In this document: one piece after another, positions 16,395-16,830 of the stretch
How positions within the stretch are numbered: the first letter of the stretch is position 1
Layout: each line of letters opens with the position of its first letter
Assembly: GCA_039801225.1 (NCBI GenBank)
Contig: JBDRUH010000031.1
Location: forward strand, 1 to 16,830
Direction: 5' to 3'
DNA length: 16,830 nt
DNA from: a candidate division WOR-3 bacterium
GTDB lineage: Bacteria; Hydrothermota; Tepidihabitantia; Tepidihabitantales; Tepidihabitantaceae
Program-made: the position numbers and the translations under genes
Notes under the pieces: model-generated
Databases searched by the model: none
Seen by the model: only the letters and a program-made list of their open reading frames with translations
Told to the model about the DNA's origin: nothing

Positions 16395-16798
16395 AATTGC
16401 CATTACCCCGACTGTTAATCAAATCTACCCTCTTTTGAGAGTCCTGAGAATTTAACAAAAATTTCTTCCTTCAGTTTTAAAACCCATTGTTACCTTTAAT
16501 TTTATTTTCCTTGTTAAAACCGCAGTAATTTCCCTTTTTGCCTTTATTTTTAAATCTGTTCTTTAACCGCATTTTAACCCTCTTTTTGGTTCTAAACTTA
16601 GTGTTGAATGAAAAACCGCTCCACCCAACCTATTTAGAGCATTTCTTACAACCATCCCGCCATTTGATTTTCCCTTTGCCCTTAAATCCGGTTTTACCAT
16701 AAAACTTAGAATCCAACCCAAAAACGATTCGGGAAAGGGTTTTACCACCCTAGTGCTGGAGTGGACCGCCCCCCAGGCAAACCCGTCTTCAAATTAAG

Positions 16799-16828
16799 TT
16801 ATTTAATTACGATACTTAACTCAATTTT
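16799..16828 (-). CDS. Possible 3' end of a gene entering from the right edge
   Basis: ...KIELSIVIK* in one minus-strand frame, resembling the C-terminal strand of sorting-domain proteins. Only 9 sense codons are visible. Confidence 0.25.
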   Translation of the reverse strand, partial: KIELSIVIK

Positions 16829-16830
16829 AG

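Noticed and set aside
16563..16748. 61-aa ORF in the AT-rich right end
   Set aside because: No convincing SD or recognisable motif; cannot be supported from sequence alone.
16400..16830. Replication origin
   Set aside because: AT-rich, but I found no TTATCCACA-like DnaA boxes and there is no dnaA or rep gene in view.

Overview
Bacterial chromosomal window, mostly housekeeping genes. The gene mix (M6 protease with a FlgD-Ig/sorting-type C-terminus, PKD-like lipoprotein, archaeal-type PGI/PMI, PTS EI/HPr without EII) suggests an FCB-group or WOR-3-like lineage; this is inference only. Left to right: (1) a SARP-family wHTH-BTAD-AAA/STAND regulator on the minus strand, truncated by the window edge and absent from the ORF track, divergent from a 76-aa Cys/His-rich small protein; their shared intergenic region holds two sigma70-like promoters, a (TA)7 tract and direct repeats; (2) fabG bracketed by a perfect 51-bp inverted repeat embedded in mosaics of REP-like elements; (3) a bactofilin gene coupled to an M6 metalloprotease gene; (4) pflX-like radical SAM, purF and a macrodomain gene, the first two preceded by near-duplicate, apparently leaderless promoters; (5) a long, tightly coupled minus-strand operon: lipoprotein, dCMP deaminase, ptsH, ptsI, PGI/PMI, sugar-phosphate nucleotidyltransferase, tgt, LivK-type binding protein; (6) an AT-rich non-coding right end with a 7-mer tandem repeat. 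The best candidates for something undescribed are the STAND-regulator/small zinc-finger module and the structured repeat family that brackets fabG and also appears inside the dCMP deaminase 3' end. No CRISPR array, rRNA, tRNA or transposase was seen.
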